A stretch of 61,431 nucleotides of DNA, the filler included, from Circinaria calcarea (Eukaryota), in NCBI GenBank assembly GCA_051942165.1. It is 18 parts of 18 records of this genome, joined end to end, with 100 filler letters (N's around TTAATTAATTAA, not from the genome) between each part and the next. Parts side by side here need not be neighbours in the genome. Positions count along the whole stretch, not along the records: positions 24,009 to 27,326 come from JAVECS010002894.1; positions 27,427 to 30,744 come from JAVECS010002895.1; positions 30,845 to 34,161 come from JAVECS010002896.1; positions 34,262 to 37,574 come from JAVECS010002897.1; 14 more parts are not named here. One strand, given 5' to 3'. The position numbers and the translations under genes are program-made. Positions 24,921 to 37,674 of this stretch are shown piece after piece; position 1 is the first letter of the stretch; every line of letters starts with the position of its first letter. Under the pieces are notes generated by a model that saw only the letters and a list, made by a program, of their open reading frames with translations, had not been told where the DNA came from and ran no database searches.

Positions 24921-25542
24921 CTAATACAGCGCTATCGATCCTCGCTTGCTTTCCCGCACGTGGAGGTAAGCTTGAAAACTGCAGAATATGAGGAAGGCCT
25001 ACGGCATCCCATTATTGTGTCAGAGAGTCAACTTGGGATGAGGGAGAGATGTGCCGTAGGAAAAGGGAGCGGTAAGGAAAGGGAAGGGGAAGCTGATAAG
25101 CGCGGAGACTCACGGCGTAGACTGCTACGGCGACGAAAATGCTTGCTGCTACAGGTCCTCCGTCTTTTGGATCTTCGATTGATCCGACCATGCTGTAGTG
25201 GTTGGCCTACCAAGAGCAGAGATATGTCAGCGCTTGTATAACCCCTTTCATCATCCTTCGGCCACCACCCGAGAAAAGAATTTCCTATGAGGTCTTCCAG
25301 AGCCTTTCCATGTCTTCACATGTGTATGGGATCCGTATCAGGAAGGGAGGTAGGTTGGGACGATCAGGGGGAGAGATGTACTTTGAACAAGGCCCCGATA
25401 GTAGAGAGGATAATAATCGCGGCGACCGAAACGACCACACTGTCAACGATCACTGTCAGCAAAAGTGACTCAAAGGATTCCCGACTATGTGTAGAGAATC
25501 ATACCAGCTCCAGGCATTCAGTGCGGACACGACGGGCTTCAT
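24921..25542 (-). CDS. Small two-TM protein, RNASEK / V-ATPase subunit f family (88 aa, 4 exons)
   Basis: MKPVVSALNAWSC-VVVSVAAIIILSTIGALFK-ANHYSMVGSIEDPKDGGPVAASIFVAVAVYA-AFLIFCSFQAYLHVRESKRGSIALY*; all three introns are GT-AG with branch sites. Confidence 0.8.
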
Positions 25543-27426
25543 GGTGCAGGATGGGAAGCCTGGGTGACGAGGGCTCGGCGGTTCGCTAGGGTTGTGGGTA
25601 TTGGAAATGAATGTGACGAGCGAATATGATGTAGTGGTCGGTGGTCTAGGAAGTGAGAGTACAAGAAAAAGATTTGAGGTGGAAGGCGACTTGATGGGGG
25701 TTTGCAAAGCTTCGCGAGCCTCGACGTTATGCGTCGTCGGTTACGGACTAATGGCAAAAGATTGGGGGGTGGGATGGAGAATTCGTTGGAGGGCGGCTGC
25801 TAGCGCCCTTTTCGGGGCTTTTAGCCTTAGATAATCACCATCACGAGGGAACACCTTCCGATTTGTTATTGCTGCAACTGCTACTCATATGATAATACGG
25901 CATGACGATTTTATATTGCCCATACTTGAATCTTGGTGAGCTATTCAAATGTGCGTCCGTGTCTATAGACTGGATAGAAGAGGTCTACATATCTCAACCC
26001 TTGCGCATAGCACAGGAACAGAGTGTTGGGGTATCATTGCATGTAAGCTAGGAAATTGCTCCGAGTCACGGAGCTCGACATGAGATATAGGAGAGTACTC
26101 ATGTATACCCACATTACTATGTTTTTATTTTCTTATTAATGAAGCACCGGGAACAGCTATTTACCATATAGTTTGTACTTGACCCTTACTTTCCTCAGTT
26201 TCGCAAGCAATGCCGACTTTGAGCCGTCGACCACCTCAATCATCGTGACATGCCGGCAAACGCGCTTCCATCTACTGGATGCAGCCGCCTCCAAAGAAGT
26301 CTCGAATTCTTCTTTTCTTCTTTTCTTCATTTCTTCTGGCTGCAATTTCTCAACTCTCTGCAGATCGATGTCAAAGATCCGAGTGTTAGCGTAACCTCCG
26401 AGGTTCCTGAGCCTACGCCTTCCTCCACAGGTAAAGGACCGAGTAAGGCCAAAGGCGAAGGGTTTAGAGATCATCTCAAATGCGGAGTTACAGTTGAAGG
26501 CCGGTGCCCGTTACGCACTTGTTGGACGTAAATGGCACGGACAAGTCAAGTAGGTTGGGCAAAAGTCCTGGTATCGGATTCTCTATCCATGGGGCTTATG
26601 ATTTGACAAGCCACCCTTCGCGTAATCTCCGAGGAATTCATACCTGGAATCTCATTGAATACGCGGATATCCATCCTCTAGCAAACAGCGGATGATCGAG
26701 CTTCTGGTCCTCAGGTAGACCTGACTCAGGGAGTCAGATATAACACCTCGATAACTCATTATTGTGACTAATATTGCTTCACCAGCAAATGTATCCGAGC
26801 GACACTTATCTCCAATAGTCAGAACTCTTCTCCTAATATTGGCTCCCCGGGGGCAACCCGATACCGACAACTCCCAACCTCTCTACACCTTCATCACCAT
26901 ATCCGTAGGAGAAAAACCACTCCTGATATTCGGGTTTTCCTTTAATATATATTCCAGCTATTCTTTCAATCAAAAATGTAACGTGGGTTTGTCATAAAAA
27001 TTCCGGAGAAACTGCACTAACAATTAGTACCCCTGCGGACTAGCAAGCACGGAGTACGGAGTCAGCCGAGGTTAAAGTAGGATTTCCTATTTGAGTAATC
27101 CTTAGCGTATTTACCACCATCGTTGAACGTCGGGTTCATGCGCACGACTCGGGGAAGTTATCTATATTAAGCGAACCGGTGCCGAAAAACGGTCAAAAAA
27201 ATCCCAGCCGGCTCCCATCCATCGAAGAGACGCACCGGCAACATCCCAAACCAGCCTACAGAGTCCTCCCGAGTCCCTCCTCTCAGTCCCCTTCACTTCC
27301 CCGTCCCCCATCTAGGGAAGAAGCTCNNNNNNNNNNNNNNNNNNNNNNNNNNNNNNNNNNNNNNNNNNNNTTAATTAATTAANNNNNNNNNNNNNNNNNN
27401 NNNNNNNNNNNNNNNNNNNNNNNNNN

Positions 27427-28836
27427 GAGTTCTACGCCGATTGAAAGACTTACAATATGGCAGAGCAAGTTAGGTATCGGCCATTTCGGAAATCGGTTGC
27501 CGCCATCATGTTCTTCGGATCATACATTTGCTGGGTCAACTCTGGCACAGTCACGGCGCGGAAGTTATAGGCGCCACGCGCAGTTAGTGGAGCGAAGCCA
27601 ACCATGAAGAAATGTAGCCGAGGAAAGGGCACCATATTTACAGCCAATTTACGCAGATCCGAGTTCAGCTGACCTGGGAATCGTAGACAAGTAGTGACGC
27701 CGGACATGACTGCGGAAACAAGGTGGTTGAGATCACCGTAGGTGGGAGCTGATAGCTTTAGAGTGCGCATGCAAATATCGTAGAGAGCCTGCCATATATC
27801 AGTATATCCCTAATTGCGATTGTCGATCCGCATACCTGGTTATCAATGCAGAAGGTCTCATCGGAGTTCTCCACCAACTGATGAACCGAAAGCGTAGCAT
27901 TGTATGGCTCAACAACGGTGTCCGAGACTTTAGGCGACGGTACAACAGAAAAGGTTGCCATCATACGATCCGGGAACTCTTGTATCACTTGTTAGCTGGC
28001 GTTCGGAAGAGTGTTGGCTTCACACAATGTACCTTCGCGAATCTTTGAAATCAACAATGTCCCCATACCAGCACCGGTACCACCACCAAGAGAGTGGGTG
28101 ATCTGGAAACCTTGCAGACAATCGCAACCTTCGGCTTCACGACGGACTACGTCAAGAACCTGATCTACCAGTTCGGCACCCTCGGTGTAATGGCCCTTTG
28201 CCCAATTGTTTCCCGCCCCGGATTGGCCAAATACGAAGTTATCAGGACGGAACAGCTGGCCGAACGGACCGGCACGAACAGCGTCCATGGTACCTGGCTC
28301 AAGGTCGACAAGGACGGCACGGGGAACATATTTGTTGCCAGATGCCTAGAACATACTAGTCAGTAAATGAATGAATATGAGCTTTTTGTTAGAGCATACC
28401 TCATTGAAGTAGACATTCATTCGCTCGAGCTGGAGGTCTGAGGTACCATTGTAGCTGGAGAAGCACTCAACACAGGCCTTGGAATCAAGTCCCCCAAAAA
28501 CTCACATTCCCGAACCGTCAAGGCCATGCTCGCCAGAAATATTCTGCCTGTAAATTATCAAAGTGAGTAAATTCTCTGGTTTGTACATTTCTAGATTGGA
28601 CGAACCAGAAGGCAGCACCGATTTGGTTACCCTGGGCAGCGTAAGTACCGGTCCATATTGAGAACTAGAGTTATACATACACATTGACCAGTTTGAAGAT
28701 GTACCTGTATGTCGCATTATCGCCAGTCAGTCATAGTGATCGTTTCATGGTGGGAGTGTGAAGATTTGGAGACGCGTGCAAAAATGTGCCTCATATGCAA
28801 AACGCAGCCATGGGAGTCACATACAATCTCACGCAT
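27427..28836 (-). CDS. Beta-tubulin, intron-rich, 3' truncated; possibly the divergent second paralog
   Basis: [21 protein letters not shown]..., GGGTGAG signature, [25 protein letters not shown]. Confidence 0.97.
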
Positions 28837-29697
28837 CTTGAAAGTTCCTTGTTGACTCTGAAACTTTTGATGTAAACTTCCGATATGAGATAGTCGTTCG
28901 TGAAGACTGTTGAAAATGTGGATAGAGAGATGGTGGGATGAAGGTAGGAGAAGGTTTTGTGGATCAACAAGGATTCTCTAGTGCGGAAATTAGGCGCGCT
29001 GGAAATAAACATACGGACGCGCATTTTCTACGGAGCACTCCGTACCGTGTCGGGCTTACTCCTACTGGTTTACAAAAATTATTATTTGGCAGATGTATAG
29101 ATCATGCAACTGAATAAGTACTACAGCAACATAAAAGAAGCTGCTTCTAAAGCAATTTTCTACTCCCTAACCATTTCCACTCCTTTAAATAGAAATGAAC
29201 GAAGACGACCACCCCAAACCTTTATAGATATGTATCTCTTTACGGCTAAAATCCTAGAAATCTTAGCGCAATTGACTGGATGACTAGCTACTACCAGTTA
29301 TTAGTGTATGTACCTATCTTAAGGGATGACAGAGCCGTGGTACTATGCCCGGGGTGTTCCGACCGGAATTCTGTTAAGCATCAAGCCAAAATATGGGCTC
29401 CTGATGCAAAGGATGAGCCCCCCGAATGTATGCCTGCTAGAGTAGATTTTGTATAAGATATTATATCACCTCCACTGAATTGAATTTTGGAACTGGACCA
29501 GACCATAAGAGGTTGATTCTTTACGGCAGCTTTCAATAATACATTTTATAGCTTGGTTTTCTTATTTACCTTGTAAAGTAGTTTTCCCAGTGCAGGACAG
29601 AGTTAAGTAAGATAGTTGAAGCGCAACCCAAGCCGCTAGCAGCCAAGAAAATCCATCGTCTCCAACCCCTAGCAAACCAAAATCCAAAAATTAACTT

Positions 29698-29862
29698 TGT
29701 CCGAGATGAGGATCGAACTCATGATCTCCGGATATCCACTTCTACAGAAGTAATCATATAAGAATATGAGACTGATCAAACGAGATAAGCGTAAATTCTC
29801 AAGTACGAATTGAGAATGGGTAAGAACAAACCCGGCGCTCTAACCAGCTAAGCCACTCAGAC
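29698..29862 (-). tRNA. Intron-containing tRNA, anticodon TGT (nominally Thr); intron 29734-29824
   Basis: Acceptor GTCTGAG/CTCGGAC+A, D arm TGGCTTAGCTGGTTAGAGC, anticodon stem CCGGG/TCCGG, T arm ATGAG-TTCGATC-CTCAT, downstream T-run terminator; 74 nt after splicing. Confidence 0.8.
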
Positions 29863-30282
29863 TAGACAGATGTCTGTTGGATTTCTTAATTAATTAATGA
29901 TCTTTAAGTAATGTGCGAGGCGCGAAAGGAGCTTAGGGAAAATCCGATTTTGAGAATGCGACGTTACCAATGAATGAATTACCATAGACATGCGTTTCAA
30001 CCCAGGTCATAGCCGGGCCTAACATCATCAACTTCTCAGTCTTCTTTCGTTCGCAATTTACTAGATCCCTCCTGTTAATAAGCTAAGAAACAAGGTATTA
30101 CTTATATACGCCGACCTACTGTCACCTCATCACTATGGTGGGCTCAGGGAGTCTAGTCTGACAGTGTTACATTAAAGCTTCGATTGCCCAGATATGATGA
30201 TTCTGAACGCTCCAATTGATTATCTAACGCCAAATTCTATGCCATGAACCTCTATTGCAGTTAAGACCTGTATCCTGCCTTT

Positions 30283-30744
30283 TCATACCCTCTTCCACAT
30301 GCACATGCGCCTGATGGTATTTGTTTCCTTTCTTGGAGACTCCTCCATTGGTCCATTACAAGTATCGGTGTATACGCTCTTTTCCTGTTCAGCAGAATTC
30401 CGTTCCAGATCTCCGATTTTCCAACCCCGCAAAAACCACATGCACAAAGCAGCTCCTGTGTACATGAAACCAGTAAAGAGCTGTGCATGGAGGTATACAT
30501 CGCCGTTCTTCTGCCGCAGTTCCAATCCTATCGGTTCTGAGACTAAGGAAGAGACGTTAGCAGAACCACATGACCGTGTTGCGAAAGCTACGCACATGTC
30601 GTCGGAAGCACAAGAATAATCCACATAATAGATAATGCCGACGGTAACTCCTTCAGACCCACAACCTCAGCAGCAACAGGAGCGACTGTCGTCCAAAAAG
30701 TACCGGCTACAGTTCCAACCAACAGAGAAAAGAAGATAAGAACA
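30283..30744 (-). CDS. MFS transporter (monocarboxylate/Mch-like), 3' part
   Basis: GTVAGTFWTTVAPVAAEVVGLKELPSALS...LPTT|FSEPIGLELR...YLHAQLFTGFMY...LRGWKI. Confidence 0.85.
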
Positions 30745-30954
30745 NNNNNNNNNNNNNNNNNNNNNNNNNNNNNNNNNNNNNNNNNNNNTTAATTAATTAA
30801 NNNNNNNNNNNNNNNNNNNNNNNNNNNNNNNNNNNNNNNNNNNNCTTAGCATTGCACCGTAGTAACGGTTTTGCCTTGCTCATTGGACTTTGCGGTTCAC
30901 GGCAAAATTTACTACTTTTCGTAACTGTTCTTCGTCAACGCGCAAACTATCCAG

Positions 30955-33900
30955 TTGTCATGTGGCATCGATTGCATTAGCAAGACATTTGAGCACCGGG
31001 GGATCGATGCTCCAAAAGCAATCGTTTGGCATACCAATATCATGAACACCATTAACGCTATCAGCTCATCTACCTCATCAACCACTTCTAAAAGGTCCAT
31101 GGCTCAGCGAGGTATAGGTAACACGCTTGAGAACCACCCAGCCTTAGGTCTATTCCAGGTCGAGAATCCAGCAAACAGAAAACGCCTTGCAATGGGAACG
31201 CGGGACGTTGTAGTGAAGACACATGTTGAAGGTCATGCCGGGTCTCGCACAGTCACCAAGGATCCTCAAGACAGAGTGATGATTGATCTCACTGGCGATG
31301 ACGAAACGTTATCGCATACGACATTGAGATGCAGGAATACAAGAGGAGGCATTGATGCATCTTTCCCAACTACCATCATTGTTGGTGGACCTGATATGTC
31401 CATCCTACCAATTACGGTACAGAAGGCCAACTTTGATATTGGACTTGGTCAGTTCCAGAATCATCAAAATACCTATACCGAGGTCTTAGCGCATCGTACC
31501 AGCCCCTTGCGAACTGGAGACTTACGAAAACTCGACGATATCCATCTCCACGACATGCTCATGCGTGCTGGAGCTCCAGAAGACTCCGATAACGGTGAGC
31601 CAGCAACAGAGAATAAATACGGATCTCGGCGTTCTCCTAAGCTTGACCACTCGGGAAACGTCTTGGACTTCCAGACTACTGTAGCACAGAGAGTGACCCA
31701 AGATCCACCTGGAACTGGCCTCAAGCAAAAGCTTTCGAGACACTCAGCGTCCATTAATAGCATGCTGGAACCTGTCAAGTCCTTGGGTGGACCTATTGAC
31801 CAGAGAAGGAGCCAGTCCATGGGTGGGGCTGCGGAACAAGACAGGAAGATCATGGATCCAAAGCGACTACGTATAACGAACGAAGAGGAGGATCATAATG
31901 ATGGAATCGTCGTTGAATATACCGCCATGAGGGTCAAGGCTGAGGAGAAAAGGAAGAAAAGAGATGACAACAGACCCAAATCTAAAGAGAAGCGTAATGC
32001 AGCAAGGTTGTCATCAGACAAGGCTTTCAACGAACAGAGGGGAGTCAGGCTGGCAGGAAGTCCACCCACCTCTAGACTTGACAAGGTCGTCAATCTTAGC
32101 TTCGAGACGCCAACTGAGGATGTTCTATTCACTGAAGGAAATCCTAGTCTGAGACCAGCAACGGAAAGCTCAAACTATCAAAGAAGGCACCCTGACATGA
32201 GACATGATAGCGAACTTTTAAGGCCGGAAGGGCACAGATGGAACCTCCCTTCCACTTCCGTGCTGCAAGCTCTACCACTCTCTAGCGAATGTATTGCGGT
32301 TAAGACAGGAATACAGAAGCTACTGGATACTTCAAATACGGAAACGTCAGCGGAATTTTGTAGGGCCGATGTTGGTCAAGCGGCTGAAGGTTGTGTGCCT
32401 GGGGAATCTCTCATTTCTGATGTCCCGAGTAAGCCGATTCACTTAGTGAACGCATCCGATCCGTTCATCCAAGAGCACTTCAACGCAGCAATAAAGTCCC
32501 ATGATGGTGCGACAGAATCCCCGTTCCCGCCAGTGGCTCCGGAAAATAATAACATGGGCATAAACGACAGTTCGCGTCTAGAGGACTCTTTTGGTGAAGA
32601 TACCATGTCGATTGTGACGGAAGTATTTGATTGTCCGAATGGCGGTATAGCGAGCGCGACTCAAAGGTCTGAACTAGCTCCAGGTGATTGTCGAGAACGA
32701 ATGGAATCGGTGGCACCGGATTTCGCAGTGGCTCATCTCATCAAATCATTGCGAGACATAGACAGCCAAAAGCAACCGACTAGGATAATTTCTTTGGAGG
32801 ACGAAAAACAACTGATCGCGATGAACGAGAAGACCAGGCGTGATGAATCTTCTGTGCAGTACCGCGCGCGGCAGAGTACAGGCGCTCAGGTTAAGTGCCA
32901 GAAGCAGAACTTAAATCCCTCTTCGATGGGGTTTGCAGCTTGGGCGAAGTTAAATGATACTCCATCATCAGAAACTGTCGAAGGGACCGTAAAACCGAAA
33001 AGAAAACGCGTCCGTCAGGCGGAGAAACTGCGAAGAGTGGATAAGGGTCGCCGAGAAGAGGAGGTTGAAGGTCTACTAGGATGTGGCCCAACTCAAGTAT
33101 CAAGTGTAAAATCGTCTCACCAGTCAACGAATTCTCAACCTTCAAAGTCAAAGAGAGGCCTTGCCTCCAATTCCCGTAGGAATGAAAGGAAACCCAAGGA
33201 ATATCGACTTGCAAAGGAGCTCACACAACGAAATGATATCAACAACCCGGACAGCAAAAGAACATTATCCTTCTCATCAGCAGAAGATCACAATGGACAG
33301 CAAGTAGACCTTGAAGATGTTGCTATTTCCGAGGCTGCGATTAGCGAGTCCGAGCGAAAACGCATTCGCAGTGAGAAGGCAAGTTTTCAGCGAAAAGGCG
33401 AAGAGGAGCAAAAATTGTTGGCAGTCAAATCGGCACTTGAGCAATTCAATCCTGGACGACAGAATGTCGGCATGGATTCCGAACGCTCTGCGCCGGTGAA
33501 TCAACCCAAAATCGGTCCTCAACTAGCAATAAAACACTGTTACGAATCCTCCAGCTCAAGTGACGAAGATGAGGATGACGCACAAGTTGAGAAAAAAATC
33601 GTATTCCAACAAAATGAGCGACCGGCCATTGTGTCAACGGCAACATTATCTGACAACGTAGCTACGAGTTCCTTCCGTCAAACAAAAGGGGGGAAGGGAC
33701 TATCACCCGCGGTACTAGCAGCCTGGGAAGCAGAAAGGTCAAGGAAAGAAGATGTGGCAGTTTGTTCTAAAATGGACACGTTTCCCGCAAACGATGACGA
33801 CAATGAGAGTGAGCATAGTGTTGCAGAAGTTCACTTCCAGTACATTGTTGAGAGAGTGGAATACTTTTACCACGAGAATAAGGAGGATGTTGAGGGGAAG

Positions 33901-34161
33901 ACTTACGGGCCTTTCTTCCTCTTAGAGGAAGCCAACACAGTTGCCCGCGAAATCCTCACTCCAGCACAGAGGGGATTAGAAATCTGTCCTCCGTGGTACG
34001 GTGGAACAGGAAAAGACGCTGGCGGTATGGACAGATATGACCTCGAAGTGAAAGATGGTCGCATAGAAATCTCCATCACCAAAAAGCCCAGTCCTCCTCG
34101 CAAACTCCCCACATCAATCACCGCCCACTTCCGGCCCGAGCAATCTTACATTGCCTATCAG
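30955..34161 (+). CDS. Large low-complexity hypothetical protein (>1000 aa), 3' truncated; first ATG at 31042
   Basis: 3.2-kb uninterrupted ORF rich in S/E/K/R with basic NLS-like clusters and a possibly globular C-terminal part (FQYIVER...GPFFLLEEAN); no family recognised. Confidence 0.75.
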
Positions 34162-34261
34162 NNNNNNNNNNNNNNNNNNNNNNNNNNNNNNNNNNNNNNN
34201 NNNNNTTAATTAATTAANNNNNNNNNNNNNNNNNNNNNNNNNNNNNNNNNNNNNNNNNNNN

Positions 34262-35391
34262 GGTGGATGGCGCTTTGAAGCTCCAGTCGTTCCAGCCAAA
34301 GAAATGGGAGGAGACGGATGTCGATATCAAGATCACTTGCTGCGGTGTATGTGGCTCGGACCTGCATGTTCTACGGAGTGGATGGGTACGGTCCCTGTCG
34401 AACAGACGCCCACATCGTGTCGTTGACTTTGCTTCAGGGCCCAACCGAGTACCCATGCTGTGTGGGTCACGAAATCGTTGGCGAAGCTGTGCGGGTCGGA
34501 AGGAAGGTTGAAAAGGATATCAAGTTCGTATCTCTCACCCAGGCGGCTTTTTCCCTCGCTACTGACAGGTGACCAAGGGTCGGTGATCGACTCGGTGTTG
34601 GCCCTGTAGTCTACGTGTGCAGGCGACCAGATTGCGACGAATGTTCGAGCGGCATGGAGAACTACTGTCCTCGCCGTATTCCAGCATATAATGGGACTTT
34701 CCCTAGTGGTTGTAAAAGCAACGGCGGCTTTGCAAACTATTGTCGAGTGCCCGGCGATTCAACTATTCGGATTCCTGATGGGCTTGCTAGCGAGGCAGCC
34801 GCTCCTATGCTCTGCGCGGGCATCACCGCATTTGTCCCCCTATCTGAGCACGGAGCGGGCCCCGGGAAGCGTGTCGGTATTATCGGGGTTGGTGGTCTCG
34901 GACACTTTGCGGTCCTCTTTGCTCGGGCTTTGAAGTGTGACCGCGTGGTTGCTATATCACGGCGCGCAAGCAAACGGGCCGATGCGCTCAAACTAGGAGC
35001 GGACCTCTACGTTGCGACGGCTGACGAACCAGACTGGGCAGTCAAGCACGCCCATTCGCTCGATCTGATTGTGAGTACGGTGTCCTCGGCAGATATGCCA
35101 CTCAACGATTATCTGAAGCTGCTACGGACCAAAGGTCGGTTCTGCCAGATTGGCATGCCAGACGACCCCATGCCGCCTCTTGAGGTTGCCGGGCTGATCG
35201 AACGGGGCATTTCGATCGGATTCAACGATATTGGTACAGTCAAGGAGGTGGAGGATATGCTACGACTCGCTGTGAAGGAGGATATCCAACCATGGGTTGA
35301 AGTCAGAAAAATGAAGGATGTCAACGAGGTCTTAAGGGAGATGGGAGAAGGGAAAGCCAGGTATCGCTATGTGCTAGCCAATGAGGATTGA
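34262..35391 (+). CDS. Zn-dependent NADP alcohol dehydrogenase (Adh6/CAD-like), 5' truncated
   Basis: CGVCGSDLH, GHEIVG, structural Cys cluster, APMLCAGIT, GVGGLGH, terminal GKARYRYVL. Confidence 0.92.
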
Positions 35392-36392
35392 TAGTATAGC
35401 GATATGTCTACCGTGTGGTAAGAAAACGAACCAATACCCAAGCAGTGCGACTAGATTGACAGGACGTGTATATATTTATATCCATCTATTCATAACTATA
35501 TATCTCTGAGGCCCGAACGACTCCTATCTCCCTTGACCGATGTAAATCTCAAACCTTTCCTCTTCTCTTCTGTCCTTCTCCTTTAGGGCATCTTTCCCTT
35601 TTCGTCTGTGCTTCTTTTCGCGTTTTTTGACTGCTTTTAATATCTTGTAGCAATGTTCACAAATTCACATTAATTCTACCAAGTTCAATTGAAGTACTTG
35701 TACCAGAACCATTGATCATGGCCCTCCGGGAGCCTTGAAGTAACTCTTGTCGTAATGGTTCTTCGAAGACGGCGAGTACGGTAGAGACCCATGCAACGGT
35801 TCTGTAGTCGAAGACCTCTCCAGACACATGGCTATCACTTTACGCATCTTAAGCCAATTGGGGTAGACTATGCTAGTTGAGCGAGATAAGAGCCAATAAG
35901 TGTCATCTTGCATCAACTCGACGCTCCCTGCCATGTGGACCAGCCCAAATACAAGTGCGGGGGATAGTCGAGAGTGGCTTGCTGATTGATTCCGTATTGA
36001 CATTGATTTCCTTTCATTGTTACCTAAGGTATGTTTCTCCATTTTTAGCTTTTCGTCCAGGTACTTTTAGTCCCGGCAGCAAAATCTCCCATCCGCGAGT
36101 CTGCATGACCGAATTCCGCCGAATTGATCTCCTCCCAGGCGCATGTGGGGAAATACAGAGTGCAGTAGATCGCTCTCCTCTATCTACTCGATATGCGAAT
36201 CAATTGAGGTCCTTCTGGACATCGATGATGTCGGAGAATGCATGGCTCGCGGCCCCAATTCGCAGCGCTTGTCATCGAGTGTATCCCTTTTAACTTGAAT
36301 TTCGACTGAAAGCTGCTCGAAGCTGTACTGTTCCTCAATCGACAACCGTCGTCCATTATTACTCCCCGTCAGCTCCATTTTGATATCCCATC

Positions 36393-37574
36393 ATGTTGAA
36401 TGCAACATACGATTTCAATGCTTCATCAAACCCGTCCTGCACACCGATCCCCCAGCCAGCACTGATATCTGGAATATCCGATGCCGTTCTCGCTACTGTC
36501 TTGCCCACCGTCGTGTATGTTGTCGCCTGCGGGTTTTTCTACTGGCTCGACAGGCAGCAGCTGTTCACGCAATACCGCATCCATCCGACGGAGGAGGACC
36601 TCAAACGCAATCATGTGTCCCGGCTTGAATGTTTTCAAGGTGTCGCTCGCTATCACCTGATGCAAATCTCTATCGGATTGCTTTTAAGTTACGGTGCCGG
36701 GCCGGAGATGGTGGCCAACAAGAGCTGTGATGTACACCGATGGGCAGGACGAGTGAGGTACGCCCGGACTTTGGTCCCTTGGATACTGGCTTCCGTCGGA
36801 ATCGACGCAAAAGGTCTTGCCTTTGCCACGTCTGGCAAAAGTGCAACGCTTGCCCAATTCCTCGCCGGCGGGCCTGCATCGTTTGCCGGATTGAACTCGT
36901 CCCAACCTCTAGGCTTTACCTCGGCCGAACTTTTCGTGGCGAACCTTGTCGAAACTTTTCTGGTTCCCGCCGTGCAGTTCTTCGTCGCTTTGGCGGTGGT
37001 GGATACTTGGATATACTTTACCCATCGACTTTGCCATGTAAACAAAACGCTCTACCGTAAGTTTTTCCCCCTTGTTCGTTTCGCCACCGGTGCCCTCCCT
37101 CCACACGGAATCTCCTTGGGGCAGGATACATTACTGAACCTCCAATCCGCAGGTATCGTCCACGCTCAACATCATCGCCTTTATGTTCCCTATGCATATG
37201 GGGCGGTATACGCCCACTGGATCGAAAGTCTCTTCCTCGATATCCTCAGCTTCATGATGGGGAACGCCCTGGCTGGATTCTCGGTCCGCCAGAGCATGGT
37301 GTTCGGCTCGTTGGCGACAATCAAGACCATCAGCGACCACTGCGGCTACGTGTTTCCCTGGGATCCCTTCCGCTCCCTCAACGCCAACGGGGCCAAGTTT
37401 CACGATTTACATCATCAGAGCTGGGGTTTCAAGGTATTGTTTATCCATCCATTTGGTTCTCCACTTACGTTTCGTTCTTTTCTACTCTATCTTTGGCTTA
37501 CTTTGCCACCAAACACAAATTTTCTTTTGCAAATCCTCTTCTCTCCCTTTTTGCCTTCCTTCCCACCCCACGCT
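36393..37574 (+). CDS. SUR2: Sphinganine C4-hydroxylase (Sur2-like fatty acid hydroxylase family), 3' truncated
   Basis: QYRIHPTEEDLKRNHVSR, DTWIYFTHRLCH, HAQHHRLYVPYAYGA, DHCGYVFPWDP, HDLHHQSWG histidine boxes. Confidence 0.88.
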
Positions 37575-37674
37575 NNNNNNNNNNNNNNNNNNNNNNNNNN
37601 NNNNNNNNNNNNNNNNNNTTAATTAATTAANNNNNNNNNNNNNNNNNNNNNNNNNNNNNNNNNNNNNNNNNNNN

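Noticed and set aside
25210..25380. C/D box snoRNA in intron 2 of the RNASEK-like gene (ATGATGA ... CTGA)
   Set aside because: The boxes are only ~20 nt apart and the CTGA is the branch site.
26157..26990. Possible minus-strand gene downstream of the contig-end promoter region
   Set aside because: Coding-like fragments exist, but I could not build a consistent spliced model or recognise a family.
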